Source: an uncultured Candidatus Saccharibacteria bacterium
Lineage (GTDB): Bacteria; Patescibacteriota; Minisyncoccia; Phycocordibacterales; CALRHW01
Assembly (NCBI GenBank): GCA_964441885.1
Contig: CAYTVX010000002.1
Location: 1 to 36,562, forward strand
Reading direction: 5' to 3'
Length of the DNA stretch: 36,562 bases
Position numbers and translations under genes: made by a program. Positions 25,432 to 33,992 of the stretch are shown here, in pieces. The notes beneath the pieces are model-generated. The model was given only the letters and a program-made list of their open reading frames with translations. It ran no database searches and was not told the DNA's origin. Numbering within the stretch: the first letter of the stretch is position 1; every line of letters begins with the position of its first letter.

Positions 25432-26883
25432 TCAGAATTTTGAGGTGTCGGTGTTAATTTGGCTGTATAAAATGTCTGTTTCTTCTAGCGGAGTTATGAT
25501 TTTTCCAAACGGATTGATAACCAAAGAAGTTCCTTTTTTTTCTGAACGTATAACAAAAGATCTGTTTTCTATTGCACGCATTCTGGCGATAGACTGATTG
25601 TATTTTTCTCCCCTATTGTTTGCAAAGACACTATCATTTGAAATATTTATAATTGTTTTTTGTTTATTTTTTCCTAGATCAGTAGAAATTATTTCCGAGC
25701 AAATAAGCGGTATTGTTTCAATTCCAGAAGTGAATACGGTTTTTTTGTCAGCATTTCCTTTTGTGATTATTTCAGAGTGCTTACTTTGCAGAAAACTGGG
25801 CACACTTTCTGATAGAGGAAGTGGTCGGCGTTTGTGATATATGTCTACAATTTTGCCCCCCTCTAGTACTACAAGTGAGTTGTAGTTTTTCTCGTTCGTT
25901 TGTGTGTGCATTCCGATGATAAAAGACGTGGCATTGTAATCAGAAGAAATTTTAATTAATTCATCAAACATTTCTGCTATTTTCCCTTGCGGAATGTTGT
26001 AGCCGTCTGGTTTTTTTGTTTTTTCGTCTAATACAAAAAGTGGAAATGTATTTTCTGGTAAAACGACGATATTATTTTTTTTCTCCGCGGCCTCTTTGGT
26101 TAGTTTAAAAATATTTGCGTATATTTCAGGTGTGTTTATGTGTTCTGTTTTTTTATTTATAGATATTAGTGCAACACTTTTTCTTTCTTTTGGTGGTATA
26201 TAGTTTTTGATTGTAAAATATCCACCAACTAGAACAATTAAAAAAACAGAAACCGCGCTGATTAAAATTTTGTAGTTTATTTTTTTTGTAGAGATGTATG
26301 TTTGTATAACGTAAGAAATTGATAAATTTATATAAATTATAAAAAAAGCTAAACCAGAAATATTAATCCAGTAAGAAAGGTAGGCTATGTGTGCTGTGTT
26401 ATATAAATTATATCCAATATTTCCCCACCCTAATCCGAATACAGAATATGTGCGTATTGTCTCTATGCTTGCCCAAATAATAGGAAAAATAAAAAAGTCA
26501 CTCCATTTTTTTTGTTCCAAAAACAAAAATGATAAGGTAAAGAGTACAAACGTTGTAATCGTTAGGTAAATAGCCAAAATTACAATGCATAGTGTCCACA
26601 AAAAGACTCGGTATTCCCAAATCCAGGTGTTTGGTGGAATCCACCACCATGCATCAAGTGAGACGAGTGGCCATAAAACAGTAAGAAAATATATAAAACC
26701 AGTTAAGAATGCTCCCTTAAGCTTTTCTTTGGTAGAGATGTTTTTTTTAAAAATAAACAAAAAAAATGGCACAAAACTAATCCAAACCAAAGTACGGATA
26801 TTCCACGGGGCTAGAGTTAAGGACAGTAAAAGCCCAGAGATGATTGGAAGAATAAAGGTTTTGTAAGTTTCTAGCTTTCTCAT
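25432..26883 (-). CDS. lnt: Apolipoprotein N-acyltransferase
   Basis: 483 aa. A multi-TM N-terminal half is followed by a C-terminal carbon-nitrogen hydrolase domain with the Lnt triad context VVLPENTFP (Glu), HKRRPLPLSE (Lys) and IPLICSEI (Cys). Confidence 0.75.
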   Translation of the reverse strand: MRKLETYKTFILPIISGLLLSLTLAPWNIRTLVWISFVPFFLFIFKKNISTKEKLKGAFLTGFIYFLTVLWPLVSLDAWWWIPPNTWIWEYRVFLWTLCIVILAIYLTITTFVLFTLSFLFLEQKKWSDFFIFPIIWASIETIRTYSVFGLGWGNIGYNLYNTAHIAYLSYWINISGLAFFIIYINLSISYVIQTYISTKKINYKILISAVSVFLIVLVGGYFTIKNYIPPKERKSVALISINKKTEHINTPEIYANIFKLTKEAAEKKNNIVVLPENTFPLFVLDEKTKKPDGYNIPQGKIAEMFDELIKISSDYNATSFIIGMHTQTNEKNYNSLVVLEGGKIVDIYHKRRPLPLSESVPSFLQSKHSEIITKGNADKKTVFTSGIETIPLICSEIISTDLGKNKQKTIINISNDSVFANNRGEKYNQSIARMRAIENRSFVIRSEKKGTSLVINPFGKIITPLEETDILYSQINTDTSKF

Positions 26884-26933
26884 CTATATAATCATACAGT
26901 ATTTGTTGTGTTGTGAGAGTGTGTTTTTTACAA

Positions 26934-26939
26934 TACAAT
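26934..26939 (+). promoter_or_regulatory. -10 box TACAAT 6 nt upstream of ATG 26946
   Basis: Sequence is ttttTACAATACAATgaacgcATG. The tandem TACAAT copies are at 26929-26934 and 26934-26939. Confidence 0.35.
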
Positions 26940-26945
26940 GAACGC

Positions 26946-28010
26946 ATGTATAGACACCTCAAACTTCTTTTTATTTGTATCGTGGCAGTTTTCATTTGCA
27001 GTTTTGCTTCTAGTGCCGTTGCTTCTCCTTTTTTGTTTACTCGTGATCTTGCTCCAGGTGATACTGGCACAGATGTATATGAGCTTCAGAAGTTTTTAAA
27101 TAAAAATGAGAGTACTTTTGTGGCTATGAGTGGTCCGGGTTCTGCGGGAAATGAAACAAATTATTTTGGTCCAGCTACACAGGCCGGTGTAATAAAGTTT
27201 CAGAATGAGCACGCTTCTGAAATTTTAGTGCCACAGGGATCTTTTTCTGCCAATGGTTTGGTAGACGGTCTTACTCGAGCAAAACTTAATGAAATTTCTG
27301 CTCCACAGACAGAAAGTACAACAAATACAACAAACACAGGCACGCCAACACACGCAGGTAGAATGAGTGCCACCCACACACAGAGGTCAACTCAGGATCT
27401 CAGTGATGTGACACAGTTTAATCTTTTTACTGATAAGGATAATGACAAAGTACGTCTTGCGTTTATTTCTTCTAGCGCGGGCAAGGTTGGTAGTGAAATT
27501 GATTTTACAGGAACCGGTTTTTTACCAATCAACAATAGGATAATTTTCGGTTCTCATACCGTTTCTGGTGTGGCTTCTGTAAATAGTAACAAAATTAAAT
27601 TTACCATTCCCGATTCTATCCCAGCTGGAATATATGATGTAGAAGTTGGTAATACAAAGGGCACAAGTCAAAGCAATGCATATTTTGTGGTCACAGAAGA
27701 TGCGGTAAATATGCCCCCAAAGATTTTATCTGTTTCTCCCGCCGAACCATCTTTAGGAGATGAGGTTATAATTACAGGAGAAAATTTTACTACAAACGGA
27801 AACACTGTGCGTTCTACTTTGGGTGTTTTTACCAACCTCCCCTCTTCAGACGGCAAGACAATAAAGTTTCATTTGAAGGCTCCAGATAATTTACCTGAAT
27901 TTGAAACTTTATTTCAAGACAGCTCTTTTGAATTCAAGGTTTTCCTTTACGTTGTAAACATTCATGGGGTTAGTGAAAAAAACAAACCAGGTATAATTAC
28001 TTTGAAATAA
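26946..28010 (+). CDS. Secreted peptidoglycan-binding protein with IPT/TIG-like domains
   Basis: It has a signal peptide (LLFICIVAVFICSFASSAVA) and a PG_binding_1-like segment (GDTGTDVYELQKFLNKN...GPATQAGVIKFQNEH). A T/N-rich linker leads to two Ig-like segments (GSEIDFTGTGFLPINNRIIFG and GDEVIITGENFTTNGNTVRS). The track ORF starts at GTG 26913. Confidence 0.7.
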   Translation: MYRHLKLLFICIVAVFICSFASSAVASPFLFTRDLAPGDTGTDVYELQKFLNKNESTFVAMSGPGSAGNETNYFGPATQAGVIKFQNEHASEILVPQGSFSANGLVDGLTRAKLNEISAPQTESTTNTTNTGTPTHAGRMSATHTQRSTQDLSDVTQFNLFTDKDNDKVRLAFISSSAGKVGSEIDFTGTGFLPINNRIIFGSHTVSGVASVNSNKIKFTIPDSIPAGIYDVEVGNTKGTSQSNAYFVVTEDAVNMPPKILSVSPAEPSLGDEVIITGENFTTNGNTVRSTLGVFTNLPSSDGKTIKFHLKAPDNLPEFETLFQDSSFEFKVFLYVVNIHGVSEKNKPGIITLK

Positions 28011-28020
28011 TATTTAAAAA

Positions 28021-28371
28021 ATGAAAAGAAAAATCATTATCTTATTTTTAATTGTTGTCACTGTTATTGTAATTATTTTTGTCTATAAAAAAGCTGGAGC
28101 GTTTGTTCCTTTTGGTGGAGAAATTTTGTTTGTACAGAGGTGTCAGTGTCCAATCCCAGGCTTTTTGATTCAGGTGGGCCCTCCTGTTGGCGGATCATTT
28201 CTTTATACACCCACTACCACACTTTTCCCAAACGGCAATATTATTACTCCAGGTACTTGGCTTTTGGGCTTGCACACTGGCACTCCAGTGGGCTGTGGAA
28301 ATTATGATAAGGGGTATTGTGCAGCACAGGTGCCAGCACAAGGAATTATGTATATGGTCGGCACCTCTTAG
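28021..28371 (+). CDS. Small membrane-anchored four-Cys protein, unknown family
   Basis: 116 aa with the N-terminal anchor IIILFLIVVTVIVIIFVY. The extracytoplasmic part has RCQC and GCGNYDKGYC. It starts 10 nt after the preceding gene. Confidence 0.5.
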   Translation: MKRKIIILFLIVVTVIVIIFVYKKAGAFVPFGGEILFVQRCQCPIPGFLIQVGPPVGGSFLYTPTTTLFPNGNIITPGTWLLGLHTGTPVGCGNYDKGYCAAQVPAQGIMYMVGTS

Positions 28372-28383
28372 TTGGTTGGGATT

Positions 28384-29163
28384 TTATAGTTTTTCCGCTA
28401 AGCATCCCCACTCTTCTATTGTAATATCTTCCGCTCTTGCCTTTGGATCAATATTGCAAATAGAAAAAGTTTCGGAGATTTTTTTCTTTTCAAATTCACT
28501 TTCAAGATTTCTAACAAGCATTTTTCTTTTGTGTGCAAAACCAGCTTTAATTACTGAGAAAAATTTTTCTTCTGTAAATTTATTAAAAAAGTTTTTTGAA
28601 ATATTTTCTATAAGTAAAATTGCTGAATCTACATTTGGTTTTGGTGTAAAGTGCATGGCTTTTACGGTTTCTATGTATTTAGGCGTTCCGTATGCTTTTA
28701 CAGAAAGTGACAGCAGACTTTCTTTTTTGTCGCGAGCTACTATGCGTTTCGCCACTTCTTTTTGAAGCATAAGTACCATTAGTGTTGGAGGTGTTTTTTC
28801 TGAAAGAAACATTCGAAGAAGCGCACCGGTAATGTAATACGGAATATTTGCGACTAGTTTATATTTTGTTGGAAGGCTTATTTTTTCTACACTGGTCTCT
28901 AAAATATCTGCGTGGATAAGGTGAAATTTCCCCAAAGATATTTCTTTTGCGAAAAGGTTTTCCAGGTAAGGTACTAGTAGGTCGTCTTTTTCAACCGCGA
29001 TTAGTCTGCCCACTTTTTCTAAGAGTTTTGCTGTTAATGCGCCCTTACCAGGACCTATTTCAAGTACAGTGTCTGTTGGTTCTATTTGTGCGACATCGGC
29101 AATAAGTGCAAGTGCCCGTTTTGATTTAAGAAAATTTTGCCCGAGGGATTTTTTTGGTCTCAT
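28384..29163 (-). CDS. rsmA: 16S rRNA (adenine1518/1519-N6)-dimethyltransferase RsmA/KsgA
   Basis: Contains KKSLGQNFL, the SAM-binding motif VLEIGPGKGALT and NIPYYIT. It is 259 aa. Confidence 0.9.
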   Translation of the reverse strand: MRPKKSLGQNFLKSKRALALIADVAQIEPTDTVLEIGPGKGALTAKLLEKVGRLIAVEKDDLLVPYLENLFAKEISLGKFHLIHADILETSVEKISLPTKYKLVANIPYYITGALLRMFLSEKTPPTLMVLMLQKEVAKRIVARDKKESLLSLSVKAYGTPKYIETVKAMHFTPKPNVDSAILLIENISKNFFNKFTEEKFFSVIKAGFAHKRKMLVRNLESEFEKKKISETFSICNIDPKARAEDITIEEWGCLAEKL

Positions 29164-29179
29164 GTTGTTTTACTTATAT

Positions 29180-31150
29180 TTAGAAGTCTATTCTAAAAAG
29201 TGGTTTTTTGGGAGCAAGATCTGCAGTTCCATCTTCGCGCTCCATATATTTATCTTCAATATCAAAAATAAATTCAGAAGGTATATTTACTTGTCGTGAG
29301 CCAAAAATCATTCTAGTTTGTGCATATGATAAGTAAAGTCTTTTTCTTGCGCGAGTAATCGCCACATAAAACAATCTCCTCTCTTCTTCGGCGTCTTCGG
29401 CTTTCATTTCCGCATCATATTTTTTATGCGGAAATAAATCTTCTTCTAGGCCTGTGATAAAAACATAATCAAACTCAAGACCTTTTGCTGCGTGCACCGT
29501 CATAAGCTTAATAGATTTTTCTTCTGTGCCATCTGTTTCTTCGTCTGTTGAGAGAGCTGCGTCTGTAAGTAGTCGGTCTATTCCTTCTTCTGCTCCGTAT
29601 TGATCATAGGTAACAGCAAGGGTTACTAGTTCTTTGATATTTTCTAGGCGTTCTGTATCTTCATCTCCACCCTTTTCCAATTCACGCTCAATGCCAGATT
29701 CACGAATTGTAAATTTAATTAGGTCTGAAGGATTTAATTTTAAAGAGGATTCTTTTATGCGCGCAAGAACCGTTCGAAATTCTTCAACCTTCTTTTTTGC
29801 TTGTGCCGAGAGAGTCTCTTCTTTTCCTTCCAAGATTTTGTCTAGTGTTACCTTTCCAATTCCGCGCGCCGGTACGTTTATAATACGTCTTATATCAGAG
29901 GTGCTAGCTGGGTTGAGTGCTGCACGAATAAATGAAAGTGTATCTTTGATTTCTTTTCTTTCAAAAAATTTCGTACCAATCATTTGGTATGGCACACTGA
30001 GGGCAACACACGCTTCTTCAAGAATTCTAGACTGAAAGTTGGCGCGATAAAGCACCGCTATCTCATTTGCATTTATCCCCGCTTCAATAAAACTACGTAT
30101 TTTCCCAGCCACTGTGTATGCTTCCTGTGTTTCGTCATAATTGGATATCATCACAACCCTCTCGCCAACCGCATTATTGGTAAATAAACTTTTTTCAATA
30201 CGGTATTTATTTTTTTGTATAATTGCGTTTGCTACTGACAAAATTGTTTTTGTTGAACGGTAATTTTCTTCAAGTCTAATAATTTTTACATCAGGATATT
30301 TTTTTTCAAAATTGAGCATGTTTTGTATATTTGCTCCTCGCCAACTATAAATATTTTGATCGGTGTCACCCACCACGCAGATATTTCTGTGATTCATAGA
30401 AATTAGTTCTGCGATTCGGTCTTGTACACGGTTTGTGTCTTGGTACTCATCTATATGAATATATTGGAAGCGTTTTTGGCAATCTTTTAAAACGTCCTCA
30501 AATTTTTCCAGCAAGACAACTGTTTTTAAAAGTAGATCGTCAAAGTCTAGGGCATTTTCTTTTTTTAGCATTTCCTCATATTTTTCCCAGACAGCAGATA
30601 CTACTTTAGGAAAAAACTGGTTCCCCACACTCTCTTTGTAGTTTGATACGGTTATACCCTCACCCTTTGCTTTAGATATGGCACCACCTATTTTTGCTGG
30701 GTCAAATTGCTTGTTGTCATATCCAGCTAGGGTTGTGGCCTCTTTTATTGCCTTCTTTGCTTCATTTTTGTCAAAAATAGTGAAATATCTTGATAATCCA
30801 ATATGCCCACCGTATTCTTTTAAGAGGAAAACTCCAAGCGAATGGAATGTGCTTAAAAATGGTAATCCAGATTTTGATGTAATTGCTTGTATTTCTGAAT
30901 CGTCTGCTACGAAATGAGCGATTCTTTCTCGCATTTCTCGCGCTGCTTTATTGGTAAATGTTATGGCTAGTATTTCTGTTGGTCTCACCCCCTGTTTTAT
31001 TAGATGGATTATTCTGTGTGTGATGGTTTTGGTTTTTCCTGCTCCAGCACCCGCAACTATGAGTACTGGCCCACTTATTGTAGTCACAGCTTCAAGTTGT
31101 TGATCGTTTAAATTTTCCAAATATGTTTTTTTTACGGAGTTTTCTGTCAT
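29180..31150 (-). CDS. pcrA: UvrD/PcrA-type superfamily 1 DNA helicase
   Basis: Contains motif I AGAGAGKTKTITHRI, motif II HIDEYQDTN, and later motifs TVHAAKGLEFDYVFI and RRLFYVAITRARKRL. The start is taken at M9 (31150), which is preceded by an extended -10 element. The track ORF starts at 31174. Confidence 0.9.
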   Translation of the reverse strand: MTENSVKKTYLENLNDQQLEAVTTISGPVLIVAGAGAGKTKTITHRIIHLIKQGVRPTEILAITFTNKAAREMRERIAHFVADDSEIQAITSKSGLPFLSTFHSLGVFLLKEYGGHIGLSRYFTIFDKNEAKKAIKEATTLAGYDNKQFDPAKIGGAISKAKGEGITVSNYKESVGNQFFPKVVSAVWEKYEEMLKKENALDFDDLLLKTVVLLEKFEDVLKDCQKRFQYIHIDEYQDTNRVQDRIAELISMNHRNICVVGDTDQNIYSWRGANIQNMLNFEKKYPDVKIIRLEENYRSTKTILSVANAIIQKNKYRIEKSLFTNNAVGERVVMISNYDETQEAYTVAGKIRSFIEAGINANEIAVLYRANFQSRILEEACVALSVPYQMIGTKFFERKEIKDTLSFIRAALNPASTSDIRRIINVPARGIGKVTLDKILEGKEETLSAQAKKKVEEFRTVLARIKESSLKLNPSDLIKFTIRESGIERELEKGGDEDTERLENIKELVTLAVTYDQYGAEEGIDRLLTDAALSTDEETDGTEEKSIKLMTVHAAKGLEFDYVFITGLEEDLFPHKKYDAEMKAEDAEEERRLFYVAITRARKRLYLSYAQTRMIFGSRQVNIPSEFIFDIEDKYMEREDGTADLAPKKPLFRIDF

Positions 31151-31159
31151 TAGAAATCT

Positions 31160-31168
31160 ACTATAGCA
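31160..31168 (-). promoter_or_regulatory. Extended -10 element TGcTATAGT 9 nt upstream of the pcrA ATG at 31150
   Basis: The minus strand reads ccgTGcTATAGTagatttctaATG. Confidence 0.4.
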
Positions 31169-31203
31169 CGGCAAGCAGTGTCCACAGGCTGTTCACATGT
31201 GGG

Positions 31204-31231
31204 TTGACGAGAAAGGTGCTGTTAGTATAAT
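31204..31231 (+). promoter_or_regulatory. Sigma70-type promoter TTGACG-16 nt-TATAAT for the LysM/M23 peptidase gene
   Basis: TTGACG is at 31204-31209 and TATAAT at 31226-31231. The ATG at 31251 is 19 nt downstream. Confidence 0.5.
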
Positions 31232-31250
31232 AATTGGATACCCAGAATGA

Positions 31251-32447
31251 ATGGCCGATACAAACAAATGGCTCAACAGAGCCATTTTACCACTTCAGGA
31301 CGAAATTATCATTAATCTTAGGCTTATTTTACACCAGTTCAAACAACTTATATCTCACTTTTCTGCCGATAACGGAAAAAAAGCTAGATATAAGGCCATA
31401 AAAGTGCTTTTAACGGGATTTGTTTTCACACAAATCGTATTGGTCCTATTTTATTTTGTGACCCCGCCGACTGTAAATGCCGGCTTTTTTAATACTTTCT
31501 CAGTCATTTTTGGTGGTAATTCTGAGGAGTTTTCATCGCATAAATATGGCCGTAATTCTCAGACGATGCCTCTTCTTGAGGCCCCCCTTAGTCCAAACCT
31601 TTCTATAGGAGGTGGTGATGTGACTATAGAAGACAACGCTATTGTGGCAGAACTTAATGCAAACGGAGATATCGGCAGTGATAATCATATGTTGTCTGGT
31701 CAGATTAGTTTGTATGTTGTAAGACAGGGAGACTCTCTTTCACAGATTGCAAAGATGTTTGGGGTCTCTACAAATACTATTGTGTGGGGCAACAATCTAT
31801 CCGGTGGTGTTATTTCAGAAGGACAAACACTTGTTATTCTTCCTATTTCTGGTGTACAGCACATTGTAAAGTCTGGTGACACTGTTGAGAGTATTGCTAA
31901 AAAATATAAGAGTGATATAGACGAAATACGACAATTCAACGATTTGTCTGTAAGCTCCAAGCTTGCTGTGGGTGACGTGATTATCGTACCAGACGGAGAA
32001 ATTACAACGATTCACGCACCATCTACAGGTGTGTATTCAAAAACTGTGCCAGCTTCTTCTTATGGTGCCCCTAGAAATCCTTTGCCCATAAGATCTGTTC
32101 CAGCTGGGTATTATTCAAGTCCGCTTGCAAGTTATAAAAAGACACAGGGTATTCATGGATATAATGGAGTTGATCTTGCTGCACCACTCGGCACACCACT
32201 TATGGCATCTGCTTCTGGAACGGTTATTGTAAGTAAAAGTTCTGGATGGAATGGAGGATATGGTGTGTATGTTGTTATCGCACACGATAATGGTACACAA
32301 ACTCTCTATGCCCACATGTCAAAAACTATTGTTTATGCTGGAATGCATGTAGAAAAAGGTCAGATGATTGGTAACCTTGGATCTACTGGAAAATCAACTG
32401 GTCCACACGTACATTTTGAAATTAGAGGAGCAAAAAATCCTTTCTAG
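31251..32447 (+). CDS. LysM-domain M23 family metallopeptidase (peptidoglycan endopeptidase)
   Basis: It has a TM anchor and two LysM repeats (YVVRQGDSLSQIAKMFGVS and HIVKSGDTVESIAKKYKSD). M23 motifs are HGYNGVDLAAPLGTPL (HxxxD) and GPHVHFEIR (HxH). Confidence 0.85.
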   Translation: MADTNKWLNRAILPLQDEIIINLRLILHQFKQLISHFSADNGKKARYKAIKVLLTGFVFTQIVLVLFYFVTPPTVNAGFFNTFSVIFGGNSEEFSSHKYGRNSQTMPLLEAPLSPNLSIGGGDVTIEDNAIVAELNANGDIGSDNHMLSGQISLYVVRQGDSLSQIAKMFGVSTNTIVWGNNLSGGVISEGQTLVILPISGVQHIVKSGDTVESIAKKYKSDIDEIRQFNDLSVSSKLAVGDVIIVPDGEITTIHAPSTGVYSKTVPASSYGAPRNPLPIRSVPAGYYSSPLASYKKTQGIHGYNGVDLAAPLGTPLMASASGTVIVSKSSGWNGGYGVYVVIAHDNGTQTLYAHMSKTIVYAGMHVEKGQMIGNLGSTGKSTGPHVHFEIRGAKNPF

Positions 32448-32450
32448 TTT

Positions 32451-33992
32451 TCATATTTTCTTTGGTCGGTATTGCAATGCTTCAAGCATATGCTTTATTT
32501 CTATCTCTTTTGATTTATCTAGGTCTGCTATGGTACGTGCCACTTTCCACACACGGTGATATCCCCGCGCAGATATTTCCAATTTTTCTGCTGATATGTT
32601 TAAAAACTCGCCCACCTCTTTTGAAAGCGGAGCTATTTCTAAAAGTTTTTTATTTTGTAACTGTGCATTTGTGTTTATCTTTATTTTATACTTTTCAAAT
32701 CTTTCTTTCTGAATTTTGCGCGCGTTTGCAACGCGTTTTTTTATGTCTATTGAATTTTCTCCCGTGTTATTTTTTCCAAGTGTTTGATGTTCAACCATTT
32801 CAACATTAATCCACAGATCTATTCTGTCTACGATTGGACCAGAAATTTTTCTGCGGTAGTTGGAAATGTTTATGGGTGAACAAACACACTCTTTATTTTT
32901 TACACCAAAGTATCCGCATGGGCAAGGATTCATTGCGGCAATTAAAATAAAGTTTGCTGGGAAATGTGCTGTGCCACGTGCACGTGAGACAGTGATAACT
33001 TTTTCTTCAAGTGGTTGTCGCAAAGAATCTATTACTCTTCTATCAAACTCTGGAAACTCATCTAGAAAAAGAACCCCGCGATGTGCCAGCGTTACTTCTC
33101 CGGGCTTGGGTATGCTACCTCCACCCACGAGAGATGAATATGAAGCCGTGTGATGTGGTGCACGAAAAGGTGCGGCTGTCACCAATGTGTCTTGAAGTGT
33201 TCCCGCAACAGAATGAATCGCTGTTACTTCAAGTATTTCTTCGAAAGACATTTCTGGGAGTAGATGACAAAAGGCTTTTGCTAACATTGTTTTTCCTGTA
33301 CCTGGTGGACCGCACATAGCGAGACTATGTCCACCAGCCGCTGCTATTTCTAATCCACGCTTTGCCCCTTCTTGTCCGCGGATGTCTTCAAAATCGTATT
33401 CGCTTTTATATTTTTCATAAATTATTTTTGTTGCTGGTTCTGGTGTTAATGATTTTTGTGTGGGATTTTTTTTATTTGTATTAAGGTGTGCAATAATGTC
33501 CTGTAATTTTTTTATACCAAAAATATTTATACCTTCTATGAGCGCTGCTTCTTCTCTGTTTTTGTGTGGAACAAAAACTTCTGTAAAACCCATTTTTTTT
33601 GCCTCTTCTACCAACGGCAGTATTCCTGTCATTGCGCGCACTTCACCATCTAGGGAAAGTTCTCCAAGAAAAATTTTTCTTGCAGGATCAAAAGACATCT
33701 CTTTTGATGCCAAAAGATATGCTAGAGCAATTGGTAAATCAAAAGTTGGCCCCTCTTTTTTTAAGTCGGCTGGCGCTAGTGATATTATTACTTTTTGATT
33801 TTTTTGTTTGGGTGATTTAAACCCTGAATTTTTTATAGCCGCAGACACACGATCGCGGGATTCTTCTACAGCTTTATCTGGTAAGCCAACTATTGTAAAT
33901 GAATGAAGGCCGTTTGATATATCTACTTCTATGTCTATGATATGTGCCTTAAGTAGTGTTGTTTGTGCGCTGTGAAGTTTTGAGAAACCCAT
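32451..33992 (-). CDS. comM: YifB/ComM family Mg-chelatase-like AAA+ ATPase
   Basis: 513 aa. It has an N-terminal Lon-protease-like domain, Walker A CGPPGTGKTMLA, Walker B VLFLDEFPEF and a Cys cluster (NPCPCGY...CVC) typical of the family. Confidence 0.88.
   Translation of the reverse strand: MGFSKLHSAQTTLLKAHIIDIEVDISNGLHSFTIVGLPDKAVEESRDRVSAAIKNSGFKSPKQKNQKVIISLAPADLKKEGPTFDLPIALAYLLASKEMSFDPARKIFLGELSLDGEVRAMTGILPLVEEAKKMGFTEVFVPHKNREEAALIEGINIFGIKKLQDIIAHLNTNKKNPTQKSLTPEPATKIIYEKYKSEYDFEDIRGQEGAKRGLEIAAAGGHSLAMCGPPGTGKTMLAKAFCHLLPEMSFEEILEVTAIHSVAGTLQDTLVTAAPFRAPHHTASYSSLVGGGSIPKPGEVTLAHRGVLFLDEFPEFDRRVIDSLRQPLEEKVITVSRARGTAHFPANFILIAAMNPCPCGYFGVKNKECVCSPINISNYRRKISGPIVDRIDLWINVEMVEHQTLGKNNTGENSIDIKKRVANARKIQKERFEKYKIKINTNAQLQNKKLLEIAPLSKEVGEFLNISAEKLEISARGYHRVWKVARTIADLDKSKEIEIKHMLEALQYRPKKI

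Noticed and set aside
14110-26883. Interpreting the VirB4 block as an integrative conjugative element or prophage
   Set aside because: No integrase, relaxase, coupling protein, replication or partition genes, tRNA target, flanking direct repeats or obvious compositional shift were seen. The flanks are core genes (yidC, rsmA side).
28187-28765. 192-aa plus-strand ORF overlapping both 28021-28371 and rsmA
   Set aside because: It is out of frame with the small Cys protein and antisense to a clearly real rsmA (LGQNFL, SAM motif). It has no independent support.
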